A DNA stretch of 64,000 bases from Nanobdellota archaeon. Its GTDB lineage: Archaea; Nanobdellota; Nanobdellia; UBA10117; ARS21. The DNA is taken from NCBI GenBank assembly GCA_014239585.1, contig JAAZYP010000001.1, positions 177,955 to 241,954 on the forward strand. Direction: 5' to 3'. The translations under genes and the position numbers were made by a program. Positions 38,097-47,573 of the stretch are shown here, in pieces (within the stretch, counting starts at the first letter, position 1; each line of letters starts with the position of its first letter). A model generated the notes under the pieces. That model was not told the DNA's origin, searched no databases, and saw only the letters and a program-made list of their open reading frames with translations.

Positions 38097-38114
38097 GGAG
38101 GTCCGAAGACCTCC
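38097..38114 (-). terminator. C(UUCG)G hairpin after tuf
   Basis: Minus strand GGAGGTC-TTCG-GACCTCC. Confidence 0.65.
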
Positions 38115-38122
38115 GATTAATA

Positions 38123-39388
38123 TTACGCCTTTACGACGTCAATACACTTTCCAGCTGCTACAGTTTTACCCATATCTCGAATAGCGATTCTGCTCAATTG
38201 AGGAAAATCTGCTGCTTTCTCAATACAGACTGGTCTGTTAGGAATACATTTGATTTCTGCAAAATCTCCATTTCTTAACATATCTGGATTCTTTTCCATT
38301 GTTTCACCGGTTCGTGGATCGATCTTTCGAACGATTTCAGTAACTCTACATGAAACTTGTGCGGTATTGATGTGGAATACTGGAGAGTAACCAATAGTCA
38401 ATACAGATGGATGGTTCATAACCATTATTTGTGCAGTGAATTCTTTAGCAACTGAAGGTGCATTACTTACATCTCCAATCATATCTCCTCGTTTCATATC
38501 GGTTTTACCGATACCTCGAATAGATATTCCGACATTGTCTCCCGGATTTGCTAATTTCATTTGCTCGTGGTGCATTTCAATAGTCTTTAATTCACCTGAT
38601 TTTCCAGATGGCATAACTACTAAATTTGAACCTAATTTCATTACTCCAGTTTCGATTCTACCTACTGGAACTGTTCCAATTCCTGTAATTGTATAAACGT
38701 CTTGTACTGGCATTCGTAATGGTAAATTTGTTGGTAACTCCGGTGCTTTCAAAGCATTTAATGAAGTTAACAAAGGTTCTCCTTTATACCAACTCATTTG
38801 TTCTGATTTCTTCAAAATGTTATCTCCTGGAAGCGAAGCGATTGGTACAATTGGTACATCGTCTACTTTCCATCCATAACCTGTTAATAATTTTTTAACG
38901 TCTGCAGTAACTGCGTCAAATTTTGCTTGATCATAATTAACAATATCCATCTTGTTAACTGCGACAATCAATTGTTGAACTCCAAGAGTTTTCGCTAAGA
39001 AAGCGTGTTCTCGGGTTTGCTCGTTTACTGAGTCGTTAGCCGCTACAACTAATACAGCTGCATCAGCTTGAGATGTTCCTGTAATCATGTTCTTAATAAA
39101 GTCCTTGTGACCAGGTGCATCAATAATCGTAAAATTGTACTTATCAGTATCAAATTTCTTATAAGTTAAGTCGATTGTAACTCCTCTCTCACGTTCTTCT
39201 TTTACTGTGTCCATAACGTAAGCGAATTCGAATCCTGACTTACCTAATTCAGCTGCTTTTTCTTTCAGCTTTTTCATCGTTTGTTCGTCGATTGCTCCAG
39301 AATCGAATAAGATTCTTCCGACTGTAGTGGACTTTCCGTGATCTACGTGTCCAATTACTACTAAATTTATATGTGGTTTATCTGCCAT
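38123..39388 (-). CDS. tuf: translation elongation factor EF-1 alpha
   Basis: GHVDHGKST, ERERGVTI, DAPGH, NKMD. Confidence 0.98.
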   Translation of the reverse strand: MADKPHINLVVIGHVDHGKSTTVGRILFDSGAIDEQTMKKLKEKAAELGKSGFEFAYVMDTVKEERERGVTIDLTYKKFDTDKYNFTIIDAPGHKDFIKNMITGTSQADAAVLVVAANDSVNEQTREHAFLAKTLGVQQLIVAVNKMDIVNYDQAKFDAVTADVKKLLTGYGWKVDDVPIVPIASLPGDNILKKSEQMSWYKGEPLLTSLNALKAPELPTNLPLRMPVQDVYTITGIGTVPVGRIETGVMKLGSNLVVMPSGKSGELKTIEMHHEQMKLANPGDNVGISIRGIGKTDMKRGDMIGDVSNAPSVAKEFTAQIMVMNHPSVLTIGYSPVFHINTAQVSCRVTEIVRKIDPRTGETMEKNPDMLRNGDFAEIKCIPNRPVCIEKAADFPQLSRIAIRDMGKTVAAGKCIDVVKA

Positions 39389-39475
39389 TTTTTTTAATCC
39401 TAAATTGCTGAGTATTCTGCAATTATTGCTGATATGACCTATTTAATGAGCTTTAAAAAGATTACGGTGTCGTTA

Positions 39476-40420
39476 TTAATTTGACGTAATTGCTGCAAAT
39501 TCTAAAATTGGGTCATAATTCCACTCAAGCCGATTAACGGTTTTACTATGTGCAATTGTAGCTTGATCTACTTTTCGTGCGATTTTTTTCAGAGACATTT
39601 GATCTCCGTTTCTCATTCTTCGAACCTGATAATTTTCTCGCAGATCATCTTCTCCGCTTAAAAGTGAGTCTAAATCTGATCGAATTTCTCTCATTGCTTT
39701 TGCATAAGATACGGTTCGCTTCGGAATAACTTGAACATTGAATGCTCTTTTTCCTTGATAAATTGTAGTTTTTTCAGTTTGAGTAAGATTATCTAAATCA
39801 ACGCCCATATATTCTGCCGCTCGAGATTTTAATGCATCATTAAATGGCTTAATTATTTGGTTATTTAAATATGCATCAATATGTTTTGCTTTTGCCTGTG
39901 TAACAATTGCTTCACGCGTAATTGTGCTATAATCTTTATCTAATGAAAATATTGTTGCAGGAGGTACTTCCCAATCAAGAATTCCTTCTTCATCTAAGAA
40001 TTTATCTAAATTATATAATTTGATTTTTTGCTCCAGCGTTCGATTTGTTGATTCACTAATTAAATCATCCAATCTAGTGACGGTATCTTGAATATTAATA
40101 AATTTTCTTCGGTTTAGATTTTGTTCTTTAAGATATCCTGAAAATCCAGCATGGATAGATTTGTGAGATACACTTGAGGTTGGTTTCGATGCGATTTCTC
40201 CTTCAATTCCACCATAGTTAAATTCAGTTTTTCTTAATTCACGCGGAATGCTTTCCTTAGAATAACCCGTTGTTGCTTTTAATGCCTTAGAAATAGTACT
40301 ATCTATAGCTCTAACAAAACTTCTTTGTTGTTCTGCTTCTTTGAGAGTTCTGAAACCTTTCTCGGAAATTCCTACAACAGGTTCAGGTACTTGTATTGCG
40401 ATAGTAGTTGCTCTTTTCAT
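39476..40420 (-). CDS. hypothetical protein with probable internal duplication
   Basis: 314 aa; two similar segments (KPTSSVSHK / PKRTVSYAK). Confidence 0.7.
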   Translation of the reverse strand: MKRATTIAIQVPEPVVGISEKGFRTLKEAEQQRSFVRAIDSTISKALKATTGYSKESIPRELRKTEFNYGGIEGEIASKPTSSVSHKSIHAGFSGYLKEQNLNRRKFINIQDTVTRLDDLISESTNRTLEQKIKLYNLDKFLDEEGILDWEVPPATIFSLDKDYSTITREAIVTQAKAKHIDAYLNNQIIKPFNDALKSRAAEYMGVDLDNLTQTEKTTIYQGKRAFNVQVIPKRTVSYAKAMREIRSDLDSLLSGEDDLRENYQVRRMRNGDQMSLKKIARKVDQATIAHSKTVNRLEWNYDPILEFAAITSN

Positions 40421-40520
40421 CGGGGAAAACTAAGAATATATGTGTTTAAAAAGCAATCTAAATGTAATCTTTTATATTAAAATATCATTTTTGATCTGCC
40501 TTTTTCCTAAAAAGTTAGCG

Positions 40521-42710
40521 TTAATCTAATTGAGGTTGTGGCTCTTCTTCTTTCAAACCTTTTCTTTGTCGAATCTTTAATGCTACGTTCTTTTGTAATT
40601 CGTAAGGTAGCTTTTCAAAATTTTGGTCCATTAGGAACCACGCTCCTCGTCCTTTCGTACTTGCTCGTAGATTAGAAGTAAATCCAAAACTGTCTGCGAC
40701 TGGAACTTTAGCTGTAATTGTTAATGCTCCTTGATCTTGTTCAGTATCAACTAACTGTCCTCGAATGCTTTGAACTAATTTAGAAACATTTCCTAAATAA
40801 TCCATCGGTGCATCAATTCTCATTGTTTGAATTGGTTCGAACAAAACTGTTCCTGCAGTAAGCATTGCATTATAAATTGAATTTCTCATTGCCGGAATGA
40901 TTTGTGCTGGACCTCTGTGGATACTATCTTCGTGCAATTTTGCATCTGTTAATTTGATTATTAATTTTCCGCAAGGTTCTCGTGAAAGTGGACCTGCTTT
41001 TACTGCTTCTCTGAAAGCTTCCAAAACCAGAGAAATGATTTCGTTGATATATACGATTCCCCGTGTAGCGTCAACAAATATGCATCCATTAAAAACTTCT
41101 TTAACTTTCTTTGCCACATTTCTGTCCATTCCTGCGGTAACAAGTGCTTCAGTCATTTCCTTTAGATTCTTCTTTCGAACTTTTGTTTCCGCAATGTCTC
41201 CGGAATTTATTGCATCAAACATTTTATCTGACATCGGTTCGACTTTAACGAATAAGTGATTATGTTTATTTGGAGATTTTCCTACAAGAACCGGAGATTC
41301 TTTTGCCACAGATTCTCTGTAAACAACAATTGGATCTGAGGTAACAATATCTATACCTTTATCCCGAGTGATTAGGTGTTCTTTAATTTCTAAATGTAAT
41401 TCCCCTAAACCAGCAATAATATTTTCTCCAGTTTCTTGATTGATTGTAACTTTCAAAGTTGGATCTTCTTTTTCCAATCCTCTTAAAACTTCAATTAATT
41501 TTGGAAGATCTTTTGGATTTTTGGCTTCAATTGCCTTAGATACAACTGGTTCGAATAAGTGTGAAATTGCTTCAAATCCTTCAACAGACGCATCAGTAGT
41601 AATTGTTTCTCCTGCGTGGGCCGCTCTCATTCCAACAATTCCTGCAATATTTCCTGCGGGAACTGAATCAACAACTAATCTTTGTCCGCCTTTTGCTAAA
41701 ACAATTTGTTGTGTTCTTGCCTTCGAACCTGCATTGATTAAATTTACTTCTGATCCTTTCTTTAATGTTCCTGAGAAAACTCGCCCGTATGCGATTTCTC
41801 CAGCTTGCGGATCAATCATAACTTTGGTCACTACAAAAATTAGTGGTCCATTTGGATCACAAGTTAATAGTGCTTTTCCTGCTTCTGATTCTTTATCGCC
41901 TTGCCATAATTTTTGAATTCTATATCTTTGAGAATCTACAGGTGAAGGTAGATGAGTAATTACTGAATCTAAAACTGCTTCATGTAATGGAACTGCTTTT
42001 CTTAATCCCACCGGATCATCTTTTTCATAAAATGCATAAACATCTTTGAAACCGAAATTTTTCTTTTTCATTATGTTTACTGATAATGCCCAATTTTGGT
42101 ATGCTGAACCAAATGCTACACTTCCGTCTTGAACTGAAACTTGCCATGATTCTCGATATTCGTCTGGTGCATATTGTCTAATTAGTTTGTTTACTCCTTG
42201 AATAATCTTAACAAATCTTTCTTGCATTTGTTCAGGGGTTAATTGTAATTCTTTGATTAATCTATCAACTTTGTTAATGAATAAAATTGGTTTTACTCTT
42301 TCTTTGAGAGCTTGTCTCAAAACGGTTTCAGTTTGTGGCATACAACCCTCAACTGCACATGCTAAAACTACTACTCCGTCAACTGCTCTCATTGCCCGAG
42401 TAACTTCCCCTCCGAAATCCACGTGACCCGGAGTATCAATTAAATTAATTAAATAATCCTTTTCATTTACTCTGTGCATCATTGAAATATTTGCACTATA
42501 AATTGTAATTCCTCTTTCAGCTTCTTCTTCGTCAAAATCCAAAGCTCTTTGTTTTCCGGCTAATTCTTCAGAAATCATTCCTGCTCCAGACAGTAAATTA
42601 TCTGAAAAAGTTGTTTTTCCGTGATCGATATGTGCTGCAATACCAATATTTCGGATATTTGCAGGTACTTTCATCCCTTCTAAAATTTGGGAGGTCATAT
42701 CTTTAGCCAT
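40521..42710 (-). CDS. fusA: translation elongation factor EF-2
   Basis: AHIDHGKTT, DTPGHVDF, diphthamide loop LHEDSIHRGPAQ. Confidence 0.98.
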   Translation of the reverse strand: MAKDMTSQILEGMKVPANIRNIGIAAHIDHGKTTFSDNLLSGAGMISEELAGKQRALDFDEEEAERGITIYSANISMMHRVNEKDYLINLIDTPGHVDFGGEVTRAMRAVDGVVVLACAVEGCMPQTETVLRQALKERVKPILFINKVDRLIKELQLTPEQMQERFVKIIQGVNKLIRQYAPDEYRESWQVSVQDGSVAFGSAYQNWALSVNIMKKKNFGFKDVYAFYEKDDPVGLRKAVPLHEAVLDSVITHLPSPVDSQRYRIQKLWQGDKESEAGKALLTCDPNGPLIFVVTKVMIDPQAGEIAYGRVFSGTLKKGSEVNLINAGSKARTQQIVLAKGGQRLVVDSVPAGNIAGIVGMRAAHAGETITTDASVEGFEAISHLFEPVVSKAIEAKNPKDLPKLIEVLRGLEKEDPTLKVTINQETGENIIAGLGELHLEIKEHLITRDKGIDIVTSDPIVVYRESVAKESPVLVGKSPNKHNHLFVKVEPMSDKMFDAINSGDIAETKVRKKNLKEMTEALVTAGMDRNVAKKVKEVFNGCIFVDATRGIVYINEIISLVLEAFREAVKAGPLSREPCGKLIIKLTDAKLHEDSIHRGPAQIIPAMRNSIYNAMLTAGTVLFEPIQTMRIDAPMDYLGNVSKLVQSIRGQLVDTEQDQGALTITAKVPVADSFGFTSNLRASTKGRGAWFLMDQNFEKLPYELQKNVALKIRQRKGLKEEEPQPQLD

Positions 42711-42766
42711 GAAAGCAATAGATATGATAGTTTTATATAGTTTTTGACAATGCGGAAAAAATTAGA

Positions 42767-44194
42767 TTATTTTGTCAATTCTTCAATTATCTTTGCAACT
42801 TTTTTGCCGTCTGCTCGTCCGGCAAGTTCAGACATTGCGTTTCCAATTAATGCGCCTTTCGGAAGTTTAGAATTTGATTTTACTATTTTTTCGACAATCT
42901 TTTGAAGTTCTGAATCAGAAATTGGTTTATATGATTTTGAGATATTATCTAAAGTTTCGCCTTTCGTAAATCTTTCCATGATTTCAGAAAGTGAGTCTTT
43001 CGTAATTTTAGAATTGGCTAGAAGCGAAAACATATCAAAATAAAATTTATCTGGAAATTTCCAAGAATTAATCTTTAATTTTCTTTTGATTTCTTTTGAA
43101 GTACTTAGTATTGTTGTTGCAATTAATGTCGGATTTATTTCAGTTTCTAAAATTTTATCAAAAACATTGCTTCGAGCAGAATTTGCAATCATCGAAGAAA
43201 GTTCTTCATTTAATCCAAGTTTTAGATATCTTTCTTTTCTCGTAGATATTAGTTCTGGAAGTTTTATTGAATTTAATTTATTAAAATTTGTTTGAATAAT
43301 CGGTAAATCTGTTTCAGGATACATTCTTGCGGAGGTTGGCATCGGTCTCAAAAATTTTGATGTTGCATCTGCCTTGACATTTCTAACTTCGCCTCCAACT
43401 TTCCGATTCATTGATAATTCATCCTGTTGCCGTTCAATTTCAGAATCTACAATTTTTTGAATTTCTTTGATTTCCTGAACACCTTTTAATTCAACTCTTC
43501 CTCCGCCCGAAATTGAAATATTAACATCTTGCCGGATTGTTCCAATTCCTCGCTTTACTTTTCCCGTTGAACGCAAAATCATTCCAATTTTTTGCGCAGT
43601 TTCTTTAATGTGGTCTGGGTCATGCATCTCTGGTGCAGTTGTTATTTCAATTAAAGGTATTCCCAATCGATCTAATCGATAGGTTACTGAATTTTTATCT
43701 TCGGAAACTCTTCGTGCAGAATCTTCTTCCAAAATTACAGATTCAATTGAGACTTTACCTTTTGAGGTTTCAATATATCCGTCTGTTCCAACCAAACAAG
43801 TTCGCTGGAATCCCGAAGTATTTGATCCGTCTACAACAGTTTTTCTCATTATTTGAATAAAGGGTATTATTTTACAATTTAATAATCGACAAACCGTATA
43901 GATTAGGGATAATGCTTCTTCATCAACTTCAAGTGGCGGTTCTTCGTCAGTTTCAATTAATGACGTATTTGAATTATGAACTTCATAAATATAATCTAAA
44001 TTTTTACTTGTTTCAAATGAAGCCGCAATATCAATTTTTCCTGATTCTCCCGTCGTTGCGCGCAATTTTCGTTTTATTTTTGTATCAGCTATGTCTTTTG
44101 TTAATTTTGAATCGCATCTCGAAAATAATTTTCCTGTATCTAACTGCTGGTGTATTTCTAATCCAGCCTTAAGACCGATAGTACCATAATTCAT
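42767..44194 (-). CDS. gatE: Glu-tRNA(Gln) amidotransferase subunit E (short form)
   Basis: GLEIHQQL, VDGSNTSGFQRT, RGIGTIRQD, RMYPETD. Confidence 0.95.
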   Translation of the reverse strand: MNYGTIGLKAGLEIHQQLDTGKLFSRCDSKLTKDIADTKIKRKLRATTGESGKIDIAASFETSKNLDYIYEVHNSNTSLIETDEEPPLEVDEEALSLIYTVCRLLNCKIIPFIQIMRKTVVDGSNTSGFQRTCLVGTDGYIETSKGKVSIESVILEEDSARRVSEDKNSVTYRLDRLGIPLIEITTAPEMHDPDHIKETAQKIGMILRSTGKVKRGIGTIRQDVNISISGGGRVELKGVQEIKEIQKIVDSEIERQQDELSMNRKVGGEVRNVKADATSKFLRPMPTSARMYPETDLPIIQTNFNKLNSIKLPELISTRKERYLKLGLNEELSSMIANSARSNVFDKILETEINPTLIATTILSTSKEIKRKLKINSWKFPDKFYFDMFSLLANSKITKDSLSEIMERFTKGETLDNISKSYKPISDSELQKIVEKIVKSNSKLPKGALIGNAMSELAGRADGKKVAKIIEELTK

Positions 44195-44232
44195 ATTTTA
44201 TTTACTTATCAAAAGTTTAAAAGATTTTCAGG

Positions 44233-45489
44233 CTAGTACAAAAATGCATTTGGATGAGATTTTGTAGATAATTCTCCGCGTAAATTTGTGACCATTAAAT
44301 GTCTGACTTTTTCTATATTGTTTGTTTGTCCCAATACCCACGATAATTTTACATATGCAGTTTCAGAAAGCATGTCTTCAAGATAAACTACTCCGTGATT
44401 TGTAAGTGCCCTTCCAGTCGAATAAACATAAGGATCAACGCGCCCATAATCTGCTTGGGAAGTCATTCCGACAAAAATTCCTTTTTTGATTAATTTGGTT
44501 AATGGTTCGAGCCAGGTTGTTGTTGCGACATGACCTAACCCAGTTCCTTCTATAATTATACCTTTATAATCTTCGTAACATTTCAAAATATCTGGAGACA
44601 TACCAGGATAATATTTGATTAATGCAACTTTTGATTCAAATTTTGATTTAACTTTTATTTTTCTCGAATGTCTTAATTCGTAACCATTATGTTTTTCTAA
44701 TTTTCCATTAGGATATATTTTTGCTAAAGGAACTGTGTTAATTGGTCTAAACGCATCTCGTTTAGAAGTATGTAATTTTTTAACTTTAGTTCCGCGATTT
44801 GCAATACAATAATCATCACTGGAAGTTCCGTGTAATACTGTTGCAACTTCAGCAATATCGCTAATTGCATAATGAACTCCGCAAATTAAATTCATTCCTC
44901 CGTCAAAACTTCCACGGTCGGACGATCTCTGCCCTCCGACAATTGCCACCGGTTTAGATAAACCTTCTAAAGCAAATGTTAGTGCTGCTGCAGTATAATG
45001 AAGTGTATCTGTTCCGTGAGTTACTACTGCTCCGCGAATCTCATCTTTGTTTAATTCTCTTGCAACAAATCCTGCAATTTTAGACCAGTGCTCAGGATTC
45101 ATTTCTTCACTAAATATTGACATTGGCGCTGAAACTGAAATATTTGATATTTTTTTAAGTTCAGGAATTTTTCCCAATAAATCTGCAGGTTTTGTCATCG
45201 GGTGAACTGCTCCTGTTTTGTAATCAACGTGCGATGCAATCGTTCCTCCTGTTGAAATTAAAGATACATTTGGTAAAGATTTATTTTTTGTAATTAATAA
45301 TGTATTTGCTTTTAATCCTAAATTTGCTTTTCCTAAAACTTCAACTTTTGACCCTTTTCGGGGTAAACCCACATTATATCCGTTAGTTAATTTTAACAAA
45401 TGCATATTTTTGTCGGATGATTCTAAAAGAATACCTTCGTATTCTGAACCAAAATATTTTACTTTTACTTTATTTCCAACATTGCTCAT
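44233..45489 (-). CDS. gatD: Glu-tRNA(Gln) amidotransferase subunit D
   Basis: TGGTIAS, HGTDT, QRSSDRGS, GTGLGH. Confidence 0.96.
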   Translation of the reverse strand: MSNVGNKVKVKYFGSEYEGILLESSDKNMHLLKLTNGYNVGLPRKGSKVEVLGKANLGLKANTLLITKNKSLPNVSLISTGGTIASHVDYKTGAVHPMTKPADLLGKIPELKKISNISVSAPMSIFSEEMNPEHWSKIAGFVARELNKDEIRGAVVTHGTDTLHYTAAALTFALEGLSKPVAIVGGQRSSDRGSFDGGMNLICGVHYAISDIAEVATVLHGTSSDDYCIANRGTKVKKLHTSKRDAFRPINTVPLAKIYPNGKLEKHNGYELRHSRKIKVKSKFESKVALIKYYPGMSPDILKCYEDYKGIIIEGTGLGHVATTTWLEPLTKLIKKGIFVGMTSQADYGRVDPYVYSTGRALTNHGVVYLEDMLSETAYVKLSWVLGQTNNIEKVRHLMVTNLRGELSTKSHPNAFLY

Positions 45490-45524
45490 AATTTAACTTC
45501 CTCTTAATGTTATAAAAATATTAA

Positions 45525-45544
45525 GGTACCTCCAGGGAGGCACC
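45525..45544 (-). terminator. GC-rich hairpin 3' of ftsZ
   Basis: Minus strand GGTGCCTCC-CT-GGAGGTACC. Confidence 0.55.
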
Positions 45545-45575
45545 AGAACTTCGTAAGACAACTCGGGTTAGGTCC

Positions 45576-46652
45576 TTAACTAATCATGTCAAGTCCCAAT
45601 TCGTTATTGAGCTCGATTGTTTGTTTTGATGCGTTAGCGTAGGCATCTTGACCCAATACATATGGAGATTTAACTCCAGTAATTATGGTCATTACTCTTA
45701 ATTTACCCCGCATTTCATCATCAATTCTTGCTCCCCAAATGACATTTGCGTCACTATCTAGGCCAGCAGTGATGAGTTCACCAACTCTTTCAGCTTCATC
45801 TAAAGTTAAATCTGGTCCACCGGTAATGTGGATCAATGCGCCAGTAGCGCCATCATAACTTACTTCCAATAGTGGATTAGATAAAGCTCTTTTTGTGGCT
45901 TCTTCTACTCTTTTATCTGAATCTGATTCTCCGATTCCAGTTACAGAAACTCCTCCTGTAGACATAATTGCTCTAACGTCTGCATAATCTAAGTTAATCA
46001 AAGATGGTACAGATATAATTTCTACAATTCCTTTAATCATAGTGGAAATTAATTCATTAGCAACAGCGAATGCCTGTTGAATAGGTAAGTTACCTGCGAT
46101 TGAAGATAATCTATTATTATCGATTACGATTACAGTATTACATACTTCTCTTAATTGTTTAAGTCCCCATTCAGCTTTATCAATTCTAGCTTTTTCGATT
46201 GAGAACGGCATTGTAACAACACCAATAACAATTGCTTTTGATTCTTTAGCTACTTGAGCTACAACTGGAGCAACACCGGTTCCAGTTCCGCCTCCCATTC
46301 CTGCACAAACAAAAACCATATCTGATTCAGCTAAAGCGCTTTTTAATTCGTGAATTTGTTCTCTTGCAGATTGTGCTCCAACTTCAGGAATACCGCCTGC
46401 TCCGAGACCACGAGTTGTATCTCTTCCAACAAGAATCTTCTTGTCTGCTTCTCTGTGGTCTAAGTGCATTTTATCCGTATTTACGGCAACAATTTCTGCA
46501 CCCTCTACGCCTTTTTTATATAGCCAATCTGCCATATTATTTCCAGCGCCACCACAGCCGATGACTTTTATATTTGCTTGTCCAACACTTGAGTCGACTG
46601 TCTCAGTTTGATTTTCCAAACTGCTTAATGCGTTTTGTACTATGAAATCCAT
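45576..46652 (-). CDS. ftsZ: cell division protein FtsZ
   Basis: GCGGAGNN, GMGGGTGTG, NLDYAD, IWGA. Confidence 0.98.
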   Translation of the reverse strand: MDFIVQNALSSLENQTETVDSSVGQANIKVIGCGGAGNNMADWLYKKGVEGAEIVAVNTDKMHLDHREADKKILVGRDTTRGLGAGGIPEVGAQSAREQIHELKSALAESDMVFVCAGMGGGTGTGVAPVVAQVAKESKAIVIGVVTMPFSIEKARIDKAEWGLKQLREVCNTVIVIDNNRLSSIAGNLPIQQAFAVANELISTMIKGIVEIISVPSLINLDYADVRAIMSTGGVSVTGIGESDSDKRVEEATKRALSNPLLEVSYDGATGALIHITGGPDLTLDEAERVGELITAGLDSDANVIWGARIDDEMRGKLRVMTIITGVKSPYVLGQDAYANASKQTIELNNELGLDMIS

Positions 46653-46824
46653 TTTTCAAATAGTCAATTTCTTACGAAGTGACTTGTTTCAAAAATAAAA
46701 CATTACTTAAAAAGGATTTATAGTTTTGAGACTATAGGTTGGACAAAACGAGTAAAAAAACGTTATACTGCGGGGCTAAATTTGAACTGTATGTTTCAAA
46801 ATATAGTTTTCACTATACAATTAA

Positions 46825-47496
46825 TCATTTAAAATGCTTTATGGTCTTTCCGATTTTTCTCACCAAATTATCATAACTTACATTAAGTTTTTTATCAACC
46901 TTATCATTAATTTTTTTAATAAATGCAATATGTTTCTTTTTTATCAATGGAAATGTTTTGTCTGCTCGTTTTTTTGTTTTCCATTCTTCATAGAAAGTTC
47001 GCGCATATGCAAAAGTTTGTACTTTTTTGTTAAAATGTTGATCTGAATGTCCGATTGCCAAAATATTATGAATTTGGATTTTAGCAGGTATATTTAACAG
47101 CGATGCAATTCTTTTCTCACTAAAATCGCTAACCCATGCGCTTTGTAAATCATATTCTCTTGCCGCTAAAGATATGTTTTGAGATACTGCCGATGAATTT
47201 TGGATACCATATCTATTAACATCTTTATCTGAATATAATTTTTTTAAATTTCCGTTATCTGAACAAACAACTAATAAAATTGGTGCACTCGACAGCCAAT
47301 TATGACCCGATATTGCTGAAATTTTATTACGTAATGATTCAGTTTCAACAATTATTATTTTTGTGGAAGGAATATTTCCTTCAGCATGGGCTGCATATCC
47401 TGCTTCAAGAATCGAAAATAATTTCTTGTAAGGTATTGTTTTATTCTTAAAATTATGTACTTCTCTTCGACTAAAAATCGAATCATATAATTCCAT
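46825..47496 (-). CDS. nitroreductase family protein
   Basis: IFSRREVHNF, APILLVV, QNISLAA...SAWV. Confidence 0.85.
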   Translation of the reverse strand: MELYDSIFSRREVHNFKNKTIPYKKLFSILEAGYAAHAEGNIPSTKIIIVETESLRNKISAISGHNWLSSAPILLVVCSDNGNLKKLYSDKDVNRYGIQNSSAVSQNISLAAREYDLQSAWVSDFSEKRIASLLNIPAKIQIHNILAIGHSDQHFNKKVQTFAYARTFYEEWKTKKRADKTFPLIKKKHIAFIKKINDKVDKKLNVSYDNLVRKIGKTIKHFK

Positions 47497-47573
47497 GTTT
47501 ATTCTATGTCTAAATAATTAATAAAACTATCTCGATTGATAATACTTATAATTACCAATATTAAGGTGAGAAC

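Noticed and set aside
38436..44172. Plus-strand ORFs within tuf, fusA and gatE
   Set aside because: Antisense shadows of conserved genes.
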